A DNA stretch of 63,529 nucleotides, counting the filler, from Gonapodya sp. JEL0774 (Eukaryota), in the NCBI GenBank assembly GCA_027604505.1. It is 19 parts of 19 records of this genome, joined end to end, with 100 filler letters (N's around TTAATTAATTAA, not from the genome) between each part and the next. Parts side by side here need not be neighbours in the genome. Positions count along the whole stretch, not along the records: positions 36,905 to 40,150 come from JADIIX010001383.1; positions 40,251 to 43,496 come from JADIIX010001384.1; positions 43,597 to 46,838 come from JADIIX010001385.1; positions 46,939 to 50,180 come from JADIIX010001386.1; positions 50,281 to 53,521 come from JADIIX010001387.1; 14 more parts are not named here. The stretch is one strand, 5' to 3'. Positions within the stretch are counted from its first letter, which is position 1. Every line of letters begins with the position of its first letter. Made by a program: the position numbers and the translations under genes. The notes beneath the pieces were generated by a model. It was given only the letters and a program-made list of their open reading frames with translations. It had not been told where the DNA came from and made no database searches. Below are positions 39,475 to 50,780 of the stretch, piece by piece.

Positions 39475-40150
39475 ATGCCTCCAAAGGCAAAGAAAGCAGC
39501 CAAACAGGAGCGACCAAAAAGAGGGACGTCACGGTCCCCATCTCCAGCTGCCATCGAGGCACGCAGGAACTTCACAAATGAGCTCCATAAATGGGAGGTC
39601 TCCCCCGGTAAAATACACAAGATCAGCTTGGAACTGATTGATCCTGACGATTATGTGGATGTCCGAGAGTGCGATGAAAGCGAACAGACCCTCCAACCTG
39701 TCCGGTGAGTGTTTCATTCAGTCCAACTGCGACCAATTTTCTAATTTGTGAGCACATACATTACTATATATTGATTCACTTAAAGCTCGCGGATGGTTAG
39801 ACACTACTCCAGGGATACTTCGGTTGAAAGCCCCTGATGCACCTCAACCTGGTGGAACAGGATATGGCACTGTTGATGGCTGGCATTGTCTCACTTGTGG
39901 GCAAATCTTGTTGAGGAGATCTCAAAACAACTTGTGAAACTGAAACGCCAGGTGAGTGTGATGGTATGTGGCAATGTTTGCACATTTGTCATCAAATTGG
40001 GAACACTCCACCACAACATTGAACCAATTAGGATGAAATTGATGTACTCAAGACAAAGATATGGTATGAGCTCATTGCTATGGTACGGGATGAGGATTTA
40101 CTTGCTCCTGGGCATCTTGAGTCAATTGTGACCACGTACCAGAGAGTAGT
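39475..40150 (+). pseudogene. ParB/sulfiredoxin-like domain gene, spliced, degenerate, 3'-truncated
   Basis: Exon 1 is MPPKAKK...KIHKISLELIDPDDYVDVRE, with a GTGAGT donor at 39705. The next block is IDSLKARGWLDTTPGILRL...YGTVDGWHCLT, matching the ParB N-domain pattern SI...G...P.......Y..vDGxHR. A frameshift follows DGWHC. Confidence 0.6.
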
Positions 40151-41981
40151 NNNNNNNNNNNNNNNNNNNNNNNNNNNNNNNNNNNNNNNNNNNNTTAATT
40201 AATTAANNNNNNNNNNNNNNNNNNNNNNNNNNNNNNNNNNNNNNNNNNNNTGACAAGTGGTGGCCTTCTTCTTTGCTATCTTCAGTGAAATCATGGGATA
40301 AATCAGGGATGAAAGGCAAAAAACAAATTATTGCTGTTCGGGGGTTTGTGCTCTTGGGTAATGAAGTTAGGACCTGCCTTTCCGCTCATCACGCTCTCTT
40401 CATATTCTCTTCACCCTCACCTGTTTGATGCCATTCTTGATTCTTCCAATATCCGTGGTCATTGAAACTTACCACTTCTGTTCATAGGCACCAATATCTC
40501 CCCATTCCTGCAGCATGATCAATCAGTATTTAATAATGAGTTTAGCGTACAAGTGGGGGAACACTCAGTGGTAAGGCAGCGGCGTGAGGGATCATCGAAG
40601 ACTGGCATCATGCAGTCGCAAGTGCCAAATTCATTGGCAAAAATGTGAGCAGGCAAGTAATAGGAATGGTGGGGCGGTGCTGGTCATAAGGTTTTCGATG
40701 CCGAGAAGGACAAGTACCAGGGACCAGTCCCAGCTCGTTCACCGCCAGGGGTGTGTTATAGGCTCCATCAGGTGAGATTGAGGGGTGAATGTTGAAGGGA
40801 AAGAAGCGGTGGAGAAATACGTCCTACCGAGTGATCTTCGAGATCCAACACTTTTATATGTGAAATACCAACCACCTGCACCGAATCATTTTCAATTCCG
40901 CACTTTAGATCCCATCAATCTTCCTCTCGGCAGAGTCCAGGGCACGATACATCGAGTGAGATACTTGGGCTTCTTACAGAGTATAATGATGCAGCCTACC
41001 GGGGGTTTCCAGGGGGTAATCAGTGAATGTGAAAAGGGACGAAGAAGGTGAGCGGAGAGACACAAAGGATACGAGACGGAGAACAAGGTGAGGGTGCGAT
41101 GGTGATGTGGAGTGGAAGTTGACAGTGAGGGTAGTGCCGATTCTGACTCTTCAGAGGTGAAAAGACCCTTGAATGCGCACTCCCCTTGGCCGAAACGATA
41201 TTTCAGGTACACGGGACGTCTGAGCGGAGACCTGACATCGCAAACCGAAGCGAGGGTAAGTGGCTGTAGGAGCATGGCAGGGAACGTAGTGCAGTCGCAG
41301 GCCAGAACGGGAACAGGACGGCGAAAGGAAACCACCTAGGGATATCTAGGATGGGGACCCAAGGAACGTACGACAGTGTGGCTACAAAAGCGCAGGCACT
41401 CATCAAGAAAGGTGAGTCGCTGATTCTCGTGCCGAGAAACGGTCAAAGAGCTGAAGGCCGCGCTCTACGAGGCGCGGGGTGCGTCTGAGCTGTAGCAGGG
41501 CGCGCTCGTGACGATCATGGAGACACGGATATATGGAGCAGCGGCCGGGGATGCAGGTGAGTTGCAAGGTGGGGTAGCGAGTGGGAGGCGTCAGGAAGGG
41601 GGGGGAGGACGGGCGGTCAGGGACGGGGTGGGGCGGGAGACCGGTGTACAGTAGGGCTGGGGGATCCCTCGGGGGATGACAAACTTCGGTGAGCTCTGCT
41701 ATGGGGGATTACCGCGGGAGAGAGCGTGTGGTAGGTTGGCAAACAGGAACAAACGGGAAACTGATGCATGTGCAGTGGAACCGACCCTGGGAGCAGGAAT
41801 AGTAGACACATCTATATTATGTACGCAATGCAATATAGAGAATACATAATAAATATACAGGTGGGCATTGGTGCTGGTTGCAGTGTTTGGAAAGCCGACA
41901 TGGCCGAACGGTGAAGCCGGTCACAGCAACATACCAAAACGTAAACACTGCAAAACATCACGAATCCGAAAGAAAACCACC

Positions 41982-43496
41982 ATGTCAAACACACTGGACA
42001 TCCAACTGATCGAAGCCGTGGGAAATGGGCGGGCGCGGCGGGTCCGAGAGCTGTTGTGCAACGGAGCAAACCCCCATGCGCGGAAGCGGGTCACCTGACT
42101 TGCAGCATCGGAGGGCGGACGAAAACAGACGCTGCGGACTGCGAATCGGTGTTGGCGCTTGGGATTCTGCATGCGCATGAGGATGTCGTCAAGGTGTTGC
42201 TTGATGGAGGTGCCGATGCGAACGGAGCGTGTGAATGGAAAGTGGCAAACTGGACTTCATCGTGGGATGCAGGCACGTGGGACAGGATGCGTTGGATGCA
42301 GACATATTCATTTCCTTCTGCCCTGACGCTTGCACGGGGTGGGACATGAGCAGCATTGGCAGTTTACCGGACTCGAGTAACCGAGTTGCGATCAATCACA
42401 AGAGTGGAAACGTACAGCTGAGAAATCCCAAGGTTTATCAACACTCCTACATCTCTTGCTTCACTCTGCGTCCATCTCTGCCCATTGTCCGCCAACTCCT
42501 CTCTCATGGGGGTGGTGGTCACACAGACAGAACCGGATGCTGCGGTCCGGCCAGGCGCTGAATATTTACAAGCACTTCGACTGCATCAATCACAACCTCG
42601 CACGCCAGTTCCATCCGTCTCTCAGCCTCCTTCTCCACCTACCATAGCACCTTTCTGGTCTTCTCAATCCATGGAAGCTCTCATGTCCCTGCTGGCCGAC
42701 AAGGATCGCGCTAATCGGGAGCTCCAGGGCAAAGTGGATCGACTCAAGGCAAGGAATGAGGAGCTGTCAGTGAGGACAGCTGCTGCTGAGAGCAAGGCGG
42801 AGGAGGGGGAGCGACGGAATGCAGACAATCAGGGACGGATCACAACCCTGGAGGCAATGAACCAGGACCTTCAGATGGAGATCCGCACTCTCTCCACAGC
42901 AAATGCAGCTTTGGAACGGGAGGTTGGCACCCTCTGTACCCAACTCTCCTCACTCCCACCCACTCCTTCCACTTGTGAACGCCAGCCCCCGCGCACTGTC
43001 AAGACGCTAATGCACGCCATCGCCGATTTCGAGGCACAAGATAACGATGAACTTAACATACAAGTTGGGGATGAGATTTATATCAATCTGCAGTTTGCAG
43101 ATGGGTGGGGATCAGTGAGTGCCACTTGCGTGCTTTAGCCCACAGATGAATCCTGCCTCCACATGCATCCCCTACCCCCTTACCATTCCACCATCATCCA
43201 GCTTCAGGGCTTCAACACTGCACGTGGTGCTGCTGGCGCATTCCCCATGGCATGGCATGTGTTAGTGACACGCCGTCCCAACCTCCTCTGCAACCTCTTT
43301 CGTTCACCCTCCGCTATGACTCTCGCATCAACATTGGCCCCGCACCTCCACATTCAAACCCGTTCCACCTTGTACCAACTGCTCCACCTCTCTCCTCCCA
43401 GCTCTATGGTGACGTCGTTGGTCCGCCACAAAGGTCAATGTACCCTACGGGACCGTCTCCACCAGTGTCAGGAATGTGGCCTGTGCGGGGTGTGGA
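41982..43496 (+). pseudogene. Ankyrin + coiled-coil + SH3 protein, multiple frameshifts
   Basis: LIEAVGNG...ELLCNGANPHARKRVT, then ESVLALGILHAHEDVVKVLLDGGADAN, a coiled coil, and an SH3 domain HAIADFEAQDNDELNIQVGDEI...DGWG..GAFP. The frame breaks near 42095, ~42345 and ~42510. Confidence 0.8.
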
Positions 43497-43625
43497 NNNN
43501 NNNNNNNNNNNNNNNNNNNNNNNNNNNNNNNNNNNNNNNNTTAATTAATTAANNNNNNNNNNNNNNNNNNNNNNNNNNNNNNNNNNNNNNNNNNNNCAGC
43601 TTTGATGGCGTTTTTCCCCGTCCAG

Positions 43626-43786
43626 ACATCACTCCTGAGCCCCACCGTTCCAGTGTAAACCACTCTGGCCTCATTCCCTTTATTGCCGAGCGCATTGCGA
43701 AGGAGAAGTCACTCGACGTGGAAATGGTATACGAGCACGCATGGCGAAACTCTGTGGCGGCTTTCCCAGGGGTGCTCAGAGTATGA
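43626..43786 (+). CDS. TatD-family DNase, last exon
   Basis: ITPEPHRSSVNHSGLIPFIAERIAKEKSLDVEMVYEHAWRNSVAAF resembles the TatD C-terminus. Confidence 0.6.
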
Positions 43787-43933
43787 GTGCGAAAGTGCGT
43801 TGTACTACTGGTCAATGAACTCAGTCTTGACAGGTATCATAGTGATATTGCATTTTCTAAATATGTAGATCTGATCATATATACGAATCCAAATAGAATT
43901 CGTGATTGAGTATCATGTAAATGGTGGAGCAAC

Positions 43934-46838
43934 TCAAAACTCCTCGTCAATCTCGTCAAAAACTATTTCTTCCAAGACACTATCCACCTCATCATCTTTT
44001 TCATCTTCAGATACCTTACCGGCTCCAGTGCTAGCCACGGCTGGGAGGGATCCTCCATCACTGCTTTGTTCGGCAAGACCTTTCGTTCCGCCGTCAGTTC
44101 CAGAACCAATTTTCCTCGCATCAACAGTTTCTACAGAGCTGCTCTGGTCCTCTTCTAAGTCAGTCCCACCGACACCAAAATCGCTCTCGTATTCGTCTTC
44201 GTCAGCCCTCGACAACAAGAATGCGGAGGACATCGCGCCGGGCTTCGGTGACAAGTCTGAATGATCTACCTGAGGTGCAACCGGTGTGTCGGGAGTCCAT
44301 TCCTCTATTGATGGGACATGTTGACCTGGGGTTGGTGCCAGAGCAGGAAGGGGCGTTAGTTTTGGAGGGGCAGTGATCGTGGAAGAGTTGAGAGCACCAG
44401 AGGTCTGCATACGAAGAAGCTCCTCTACTACATCGTCCGCCAGCCGATCTGTATTCGCGCTGACGGCAGAGAGATCTCCTTCTCCGAAACCTGAGACTCC
44501 AGAGACCCCAGAAACCCCTGTGAGTACCGAGATCCCAGAGGCTGCGCGACTTCGCGCAGGTGAGGTGGCATGCGAGGGTTGGGATGAATCCGTGGCAGAG
44601 GTGGCGAACGAAGAATCATCTGTGAGGTGCTTGGGATCTCCATTTCGCTCGAGAGTTCCTCCGGGTTTGGGGGCAGAACAGGCGGCCGGCGTAGTTGTTA
44701 AAGCACCAGAAGAAGCAGTTTCAGCAGACATAGTCGGGAGTGGTAGTGGTAGTGGTAGTGGTATCGGCAGCGGGAGTGCAGTTGGCAAAGACTTCTTGAA
44801 GGGTGGCGTTGAAGGGGCTGGAACATTATCTTCCTCGCAAATTTGGAGAAGGGGTCGTGACTCCAGAATTGGCGTTGGCTCCGTCGTGATATCGACAATA
44901 TTTGCACCATTTGACATGAGTCCTGTTTCGGAAAGTTGATCTTCCAGACCGTCTCCAGGGTGAGAAGATACACCGGAAATACCAGAGATCTCCGAAACAT
45001 CTACGACCCGTGTCGATCGCTGCTTTCCCAAATCTGCGATAAGTGCTGCTGTAGCTGGCTCCCCTGACGTCGTCTCTTCAATCGCAGGCAGAATACTCCC
45101 CATGCTTCCAGCGACTAACGACCCTCTCGCTGAGATTTTGCCCATCATTTCCTCTACTGCATCAGCGAGCTCGGACGCTGCCTCAGATACCTCAGATTCC
45201 AGAGCATCAACTTGATCGTTTCGGAAATCCGCGAGCTTCCCGCCGACACTTTCCTGTGAGGACACCGTGGCTCCAGCACAGTGAATATCCACCGGGTCGG
45301 GCAGTGGTTGGTTTGGGATATTCACCAAAGCCATCAAGGAATCCTCCGACGGACCAAGAATGTCTGAGAGGTCATCCTCTTCAGAGAGCGAAGACAATGA
45401 TTCGTTGTTATTATCCGACGACTTTCCATATTCCGACAAGGGCGGGTCTGCAAACGGTGAATACGGGGACGTCGTACGACTCTTCGAATCCACTTCACGC
45501 TCTGGCTCTGGCATCGAGTATAATTGCGTAGCGAATATTTCCGAAACAGTGGAGAGTGCATTGTTCGCTGGCCGAACAGTCTCCTTCGACTCTGCGGGAA
45601 GTGGCGGTAGATCCGGGATACTCAGTCCTGCTACTCCAGGACCCACAACAGCTCCATCGGATCCGCTTTTTGGTGGTGTGGGTGGTTGGACGACCACGTC
45701 AGGGACCGAGTCGAGGGTGCCGGTTCGAGACAATGGAGGCGGTGAGTTTGATAGCAAAGACGCGAAAGTAGGAGAATGAGCGAGAGGTGGACGGGTCAAA
45801 GCCGAAGAGGATATGACGTTGGGCGATTGCAGGGAGGCGACCGGGGGCAGCGATTTGATGGAGGACATGTCGGAGAGGTTGTCATTGTCCGATTCCAGGT
45901 CGCCAACAGTGGGGCGTCCATCGTTGACTTTTGCAGGCATTTTAAGATGGAGCTGAGCTCCCGAGGATCCCTCACTGTTCGAAGAGCCCTGTGAGTCATC
46001 CCATTCATTGGCGGTTGTGGTGGGCTTGAAATCCTTCTGTTCGTGATTTTTAGAAATGTACACATTTTCACCCCGACTGATAATCAGGACTGAGCTGAAC
46101 TCACTCTTACATCATACACGTATCCGGGTTCACCAGGAATGATGCGGTTGCGGTCAAAGAGAGGTTGCATGGCGGATTTCGCGGCGTTGAGAGCCGCGTC
46201 ACTTTTGGAGCAGGCATGATCAGGCTTCTTGTGAATAGACAGAAACCAGGTGGATCATTGGAACGTACTCCATTTTGTTGAAGTCTGCTTTTAGTAGGCC
46301 GACAGGCAGCGACAATACGTTCGAGGCGGCTGCTGGAACGGTCGGTGCACGTTCGAGATGACTCGAAGCATCGTCATCGCGTCGGGACCCAATCGCCTTC
46401 TCTTCATTGTTCGCTTGCGGATTAGAAAGCACCGTAGGCGGCGGGCGAATTTCCCGCTCCTGCTCTCCTTCATTCGTTCCTGACAACATTCCGTCTCGAA
46501 CCTTGGCGACCAACCGTTCGATTTGCCTCGCGTTACAACTCTTGAGTGGCCCATGTCGGCTTATCATAGCGCTAGCGATCTCGGATGCCGATGGGATCGG
46601 ACCTTCCGTATTGTCTTGCCCGGTTGACGACACCAAGAGACGTATGGGCATCTTCCGAACGCGAATTCGACCTGTAATAGGGAACGAATAGCAACGCATT
46701 CAGCTCTTCATCGGCTTTTTGGGTGAGGGATCGGTCTTTGACAACGCGCCTGTGGAGGTTTCCGGTCGGTAGTAGAGGAACAACGTGGGTCGCCCGATTT
46801 TGATGGCCAGCTTGAGGGGGCGGATCACATCTTCACTG
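43934..46838 (-). CDS. CEP19: CEP19 homologue with a very long acidic C-terminal extension
   Basis: Spliced: PLKLAIKIGRPTLFLYY...GRIRVRKMPIR...RHGPLKSCNARQIERLV...DFNKMDDAALNAAKSAMQPLFDRNRIIPGEPGYVYDVRKDF...NEWDD. These blocks are colinear with my recollection of CEP19 motifs. Confidence 0.82.
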
Positions 46839-46938
46839 NNNNNNNNNNNNNNNNNNNNNNNNNNNNNNNNNNNNNNNNNNNNTTAATTAATTAANNNNNN
46901 NNNNNNNNNNNNNNNNNNNNNNNNNNNNNNNNNNNNNN

Positions 46939-48372
46939 ACCCACCCAATCCCCATCCCTCCCCACCCCACCCCACCCAGCATCCAAAACGCCTCCGGTAC
47001 GTCCCCCCTCCTCCACTCGCTCCGCACGGGCACGAGGGACTTGTTGAAACGGCCTTGGCAGGCCACGGTGGGGAACCCCATGTTCATGTTGATGTGGATG
47101 GTGTACGGGGGCACGTGAGTAACGGGCCCGAGCGGAGTGAGCGAGAGATGGGCCGAGCCGAGGCGTCAGGCCTGGCCCTGTCCCTGTCGATTCGAGCGTC
47201 AGCGACATTGTGTAAATATGGCCAGAGGCCGTATGGACTATTGGACCTTACGGTTCTGTCGAGCGTCAGCGAGATAGTCTAAATATGGCCACACGCCATG
47301 TGGAGAGGCCTTATGGGCTATTGTACCTTACGGTCCTGTCGAGCGTCAGCGACCTAGTGTAAATGTGGCCAGAGGCCATATGGCCTATCGGACCATGCCG
47401 TCTTACGCACAATTTAAGTACCCATCCCACCATCCCACTTTCCCACCTTCCTCTCTTCCCTCTTCCCTTCCGCCCCCTCCCCCCCTCCGCCCCCCCCCCC
47501 CACCCCCAGCTACCTCCCCGTCAACACCGTATCCGTGCTATGCCACCGGTTCGATCGGGACCCGGTGTGGCCCAAGTTTGTGGGCACCAGCGTGGCGAAC
47601 ATCACGCTGTCGACGGTGAAAGATAGGGCGTATACCAGGGTGTTGTGAGTTGCGGGTGGGGGGGGTGGGGTTGGTTGGAGGTGTGGTCATGACTGATGTG
47701 TGTCTCGCTTTGTATATTTTTAGTGGCAATGGCCCGGCAAAGTCTTTACCCGCCATCACGTACGGCTTGTTCTGGACCAGGGATTCCATGACCATGGCTG
47801 CGGCGTGAGTTGACCTCGTGCGTGCACCTTGTTTGCGCGCCCCCGCTGATCCATGTCGATGTCCTATGACCCTGTCCATCCACGTTCGTATTGTGTTTCA
47901 CACCACCCAACACCCCAACCCACCCACCCACACACACCAAAGTTTCACCCTCCCCACCCCCCTCTCCCACCTCCTCTCGACCCACTTTTCCCTCGCACCC
48001 GCCACATCGCTCACCCTCGCCCAACTCGTCCTGCCTTGCTCGATCCAACTCGTGTCCACACCTGTCCACCTCGCCGCGTTGGACTATTACAACCACCCTT
48101 CCTCTCCCTCTCCTTCTTCGTCCTCTTCTCCGTCCGCGTCCGCCTCAGGATCAGGCTCAGGAACCACGATCCGCGACCGCACATCCCGCGTGGCCCGCGA
48201 GTACGGAAAATCCGTGCTGGCCCGGATGGGTCGCGTGCTGCCCGCGTACGGCATCGGAGGTGTCATGAACGGGTGGGTCAGGGAACAGGGGAGGGACCTG
48301 GTCGGACGGGGGTGGGATGGGTGGTGTGGGTGGAGGGAGGCGGGCAGACGGATGGTGCCGGTGACAGTGTGA
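46939..48372 (+). CDS. SPBC365.16-like fungal (mitochondrial-type) membrane protein, 5'-partial, 4 exons seen
   Basis: MWMVYGGT|YLPVNTV...KFVGTSVANITLSTVKDRAYTR...LFWTRDSMTMAA|FTLP...QLVSTPVHLAALDYYN...LARMGRVLPAYGIGGVMN. Confidence 0.7.
47192..47400. repeat. Intronic minisatellite, three ~67-80 bp units
   Basis: TCGAGCGTCAGCGA...TAAATRTGGCCA units start at 47192, 47259 and 47339. Confidence 0.85.
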
Positions 48373-49199
48373 GGGTACGGTGTGGTGTGGTGGTGGCCTG
48401 GGTGGTCGAGTGCGTTCGTCTTGGTAATGGAAAGGACGTGGCCCGCGAGCCGGGTTCGGACAAGTAACGCGGTTTATTTTATAAGTTATAATAGAGCATT
48501 ATAATGAATTATCCGCAACCACCGAAGATGGTTCTAGACCGTGTCGTCGTCGTGGAATCCACTCCAACATCTCGATCCACCGGCTTCTCCGTCCGTAACG
48601 ACGACGGCCCGGCGGACTTGCGTCCAAGCTCTGGAATTCTGGAACGCCACTCTCGCAGGTCTTTTTTCGTGCCGAAGGAGAAAGCTTTCGTGGTTTCATT
48701 GACCTTGGAATTCTCTTAGTCACGCAGAGCCCTCCTTCCGATGATCGAAATGAATCCAATCCACCTCTCTGGTCCACGAATTAAATTTTCATTATTTCGT
48801 CATATGCACCGATTCTGGTTTGACCCCCGCCGTTTCTCAGTTTTCCGCACTGCTTGATGGCGTCATCTGACGAGACTCGCGGTGATGGTGACGGGGTCAG
48901 AGTGGCACGGGACCACAGCACCTCCGCTTCACAAAAACAAAACCCGACCATCATCTCCTCGCAAAAGAAATCTCCCCGCCCGATTAGAATCGGAAATAAA
49001 GTTTTGTGTGGTCGGCCGGCAAAAGTTACGAGCAGTGAAAGGAACAGCGATCGTAGGACAGGTGAGGTGGTTGGGAGGACCGGTGGGACTGGTTGATCCC
49101 GCTGTTACGTTCGTCTTCACCGGCCCCCCGTGGTTCACCATCGTTCGGTCTGACCAGAATCGACGCCGGTACCACTTCAATATTCATCGTTTTGAAAAT

Positions 49200-50180
49200 A
49201 TGATGGAAATGAGCACCGCGATCCGGGCAGGTGAGTCGCCAATCAACCAAAGGGGAGCTGATTGCACGCGGATGGTGGTCGACACTTGCGGAGTGCCATC
49301 GTCACGCTTAGGAGGGCGGATCATGTAGATTCTCAGTTTCATGTTTTGAATCTGCTTTGACATTACCCTTGTACTGTTTCCCCCCTCCCAACGAAACAAC
49401 AGCCAACTCCTCGCTCACTCACGTCACCGCATCCAGCTCGCTCCACCACATCTCCACCCCCCCTTTTTACCGCGCTTTGACCACAACCTCCAAATCCCTC
49501 TCGCTCGTGCCCTCATCCTCCTCGCACCGGATCAGCTCGGTGTCGGCGGTCGACCATGGCGTTTCTAAATCCCCAACCGCTTCCACTCCACAGGCATCTT
49601 CAATCCCTCCTACATTCAACCCTTTCGAATCCTTCTCCAAATTTGCCCCCCTAGTCCGCCGCAACTACGCCTCCCCCGCCGCGCCCGCTCCCTCCCAGCC
49701 CCCCTTCAAATCCGCCCTCAAGAACGGCCCGCTCGCCAAAAAAGTCCTCATCGTAGGCAGCGGCGGCCTCTCCATCGGCCAAGCCGGCGAATTCGACTAC
49801 TCCGGATCCCAAGCCATCAAGGCATGCCGCGAAGAAGGCGTCCGCACCGTGCTCATCAACCCCAACATCGCCACCATCCAGACCGGCGAAGACCTGGCAG
49901 ACGTGGTCTACTTCCTCCCCATATCGGCCGAGTTCATCGAGTACGTGATCCAGAAAGAGAAACCCGACGGCATCATGTTGGCCTTTGGCGGGCAGAGCGC
50001 GCTCAACGTCGGAGTCCAGCTCGAGCATTTGGGTGTGTTCAAAAAGTACAACGTCAGGGTGTTGGGGACACAAGTCCGCACGCTAGAACTTTCCGAGGAT
50101 CGCGACTTGTTCGCCAAGGCATTGAAAAGTCGGTATTCCTTCGCTTGTTCTGTTGCGTCGTTCGTTGAGCCCGCCGATTG
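49200..50180 (+). CDS. CPA2: Carbamoyl-phosphate synthase large subunit (arginine-specific) with a mitochondrial-type presequence, 3'-truncated
   Basis: [57 protein letters not shown]. Exon 49200-49230 splices in frame to 49403. No glutaminase domain precedes it. Confidence 0.9.
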
Positions 50181-50780
50181 NNNNNNNNNNNNNNNNNNNN
50201 NNNNNNNNNNNNNNNNNNNNNNNNTTAATTAATTAANNNNNNNNNNNNNNNNNNNNNNNNNNNNNNNNNNNNNNNNNNNNATGTAACAAGTTTGAAGAGT
50301 TGGGGTGATCAGCAGAACTCTCAACACAGCACCACCACCCAAAGTTCACTAGATTTCGTTTTGACCTGAAAATTTCACACTAGACACGTCCCAATGACTC
50401 GAGTTTGACGTTTGAGTCGCCCTTAGAACAAGCCCCTGACCGTGGAGAGAAGCGACCAAGAAAAGGTCTTCAATTTTTCGGTTTTCGGGATTTTGACCGA
50501 GAACGGCTGCTCCGTGTAATTTAGCGTCGGAATCGACTACTCAAAGTCCAAATTTGGCCTCGAATTGAGGTCCGACATCGTCCTTTTGATCTTCCACAAG
50601 AATCAACGATCCTCTATCAATTCTCCACTAAGACACGTCAAACCATCGCCAATTGATAGCAAATGGAAGCGTTATGGCCTTCACGAATTTGCAAATCAAA
50701 CGGTCAGCTGGTTCACAAGCGATTGCGCCTGGAGTTTTCAACTCAGCACTTCTACAGCAACACACTCCACTTCCTCTGAT

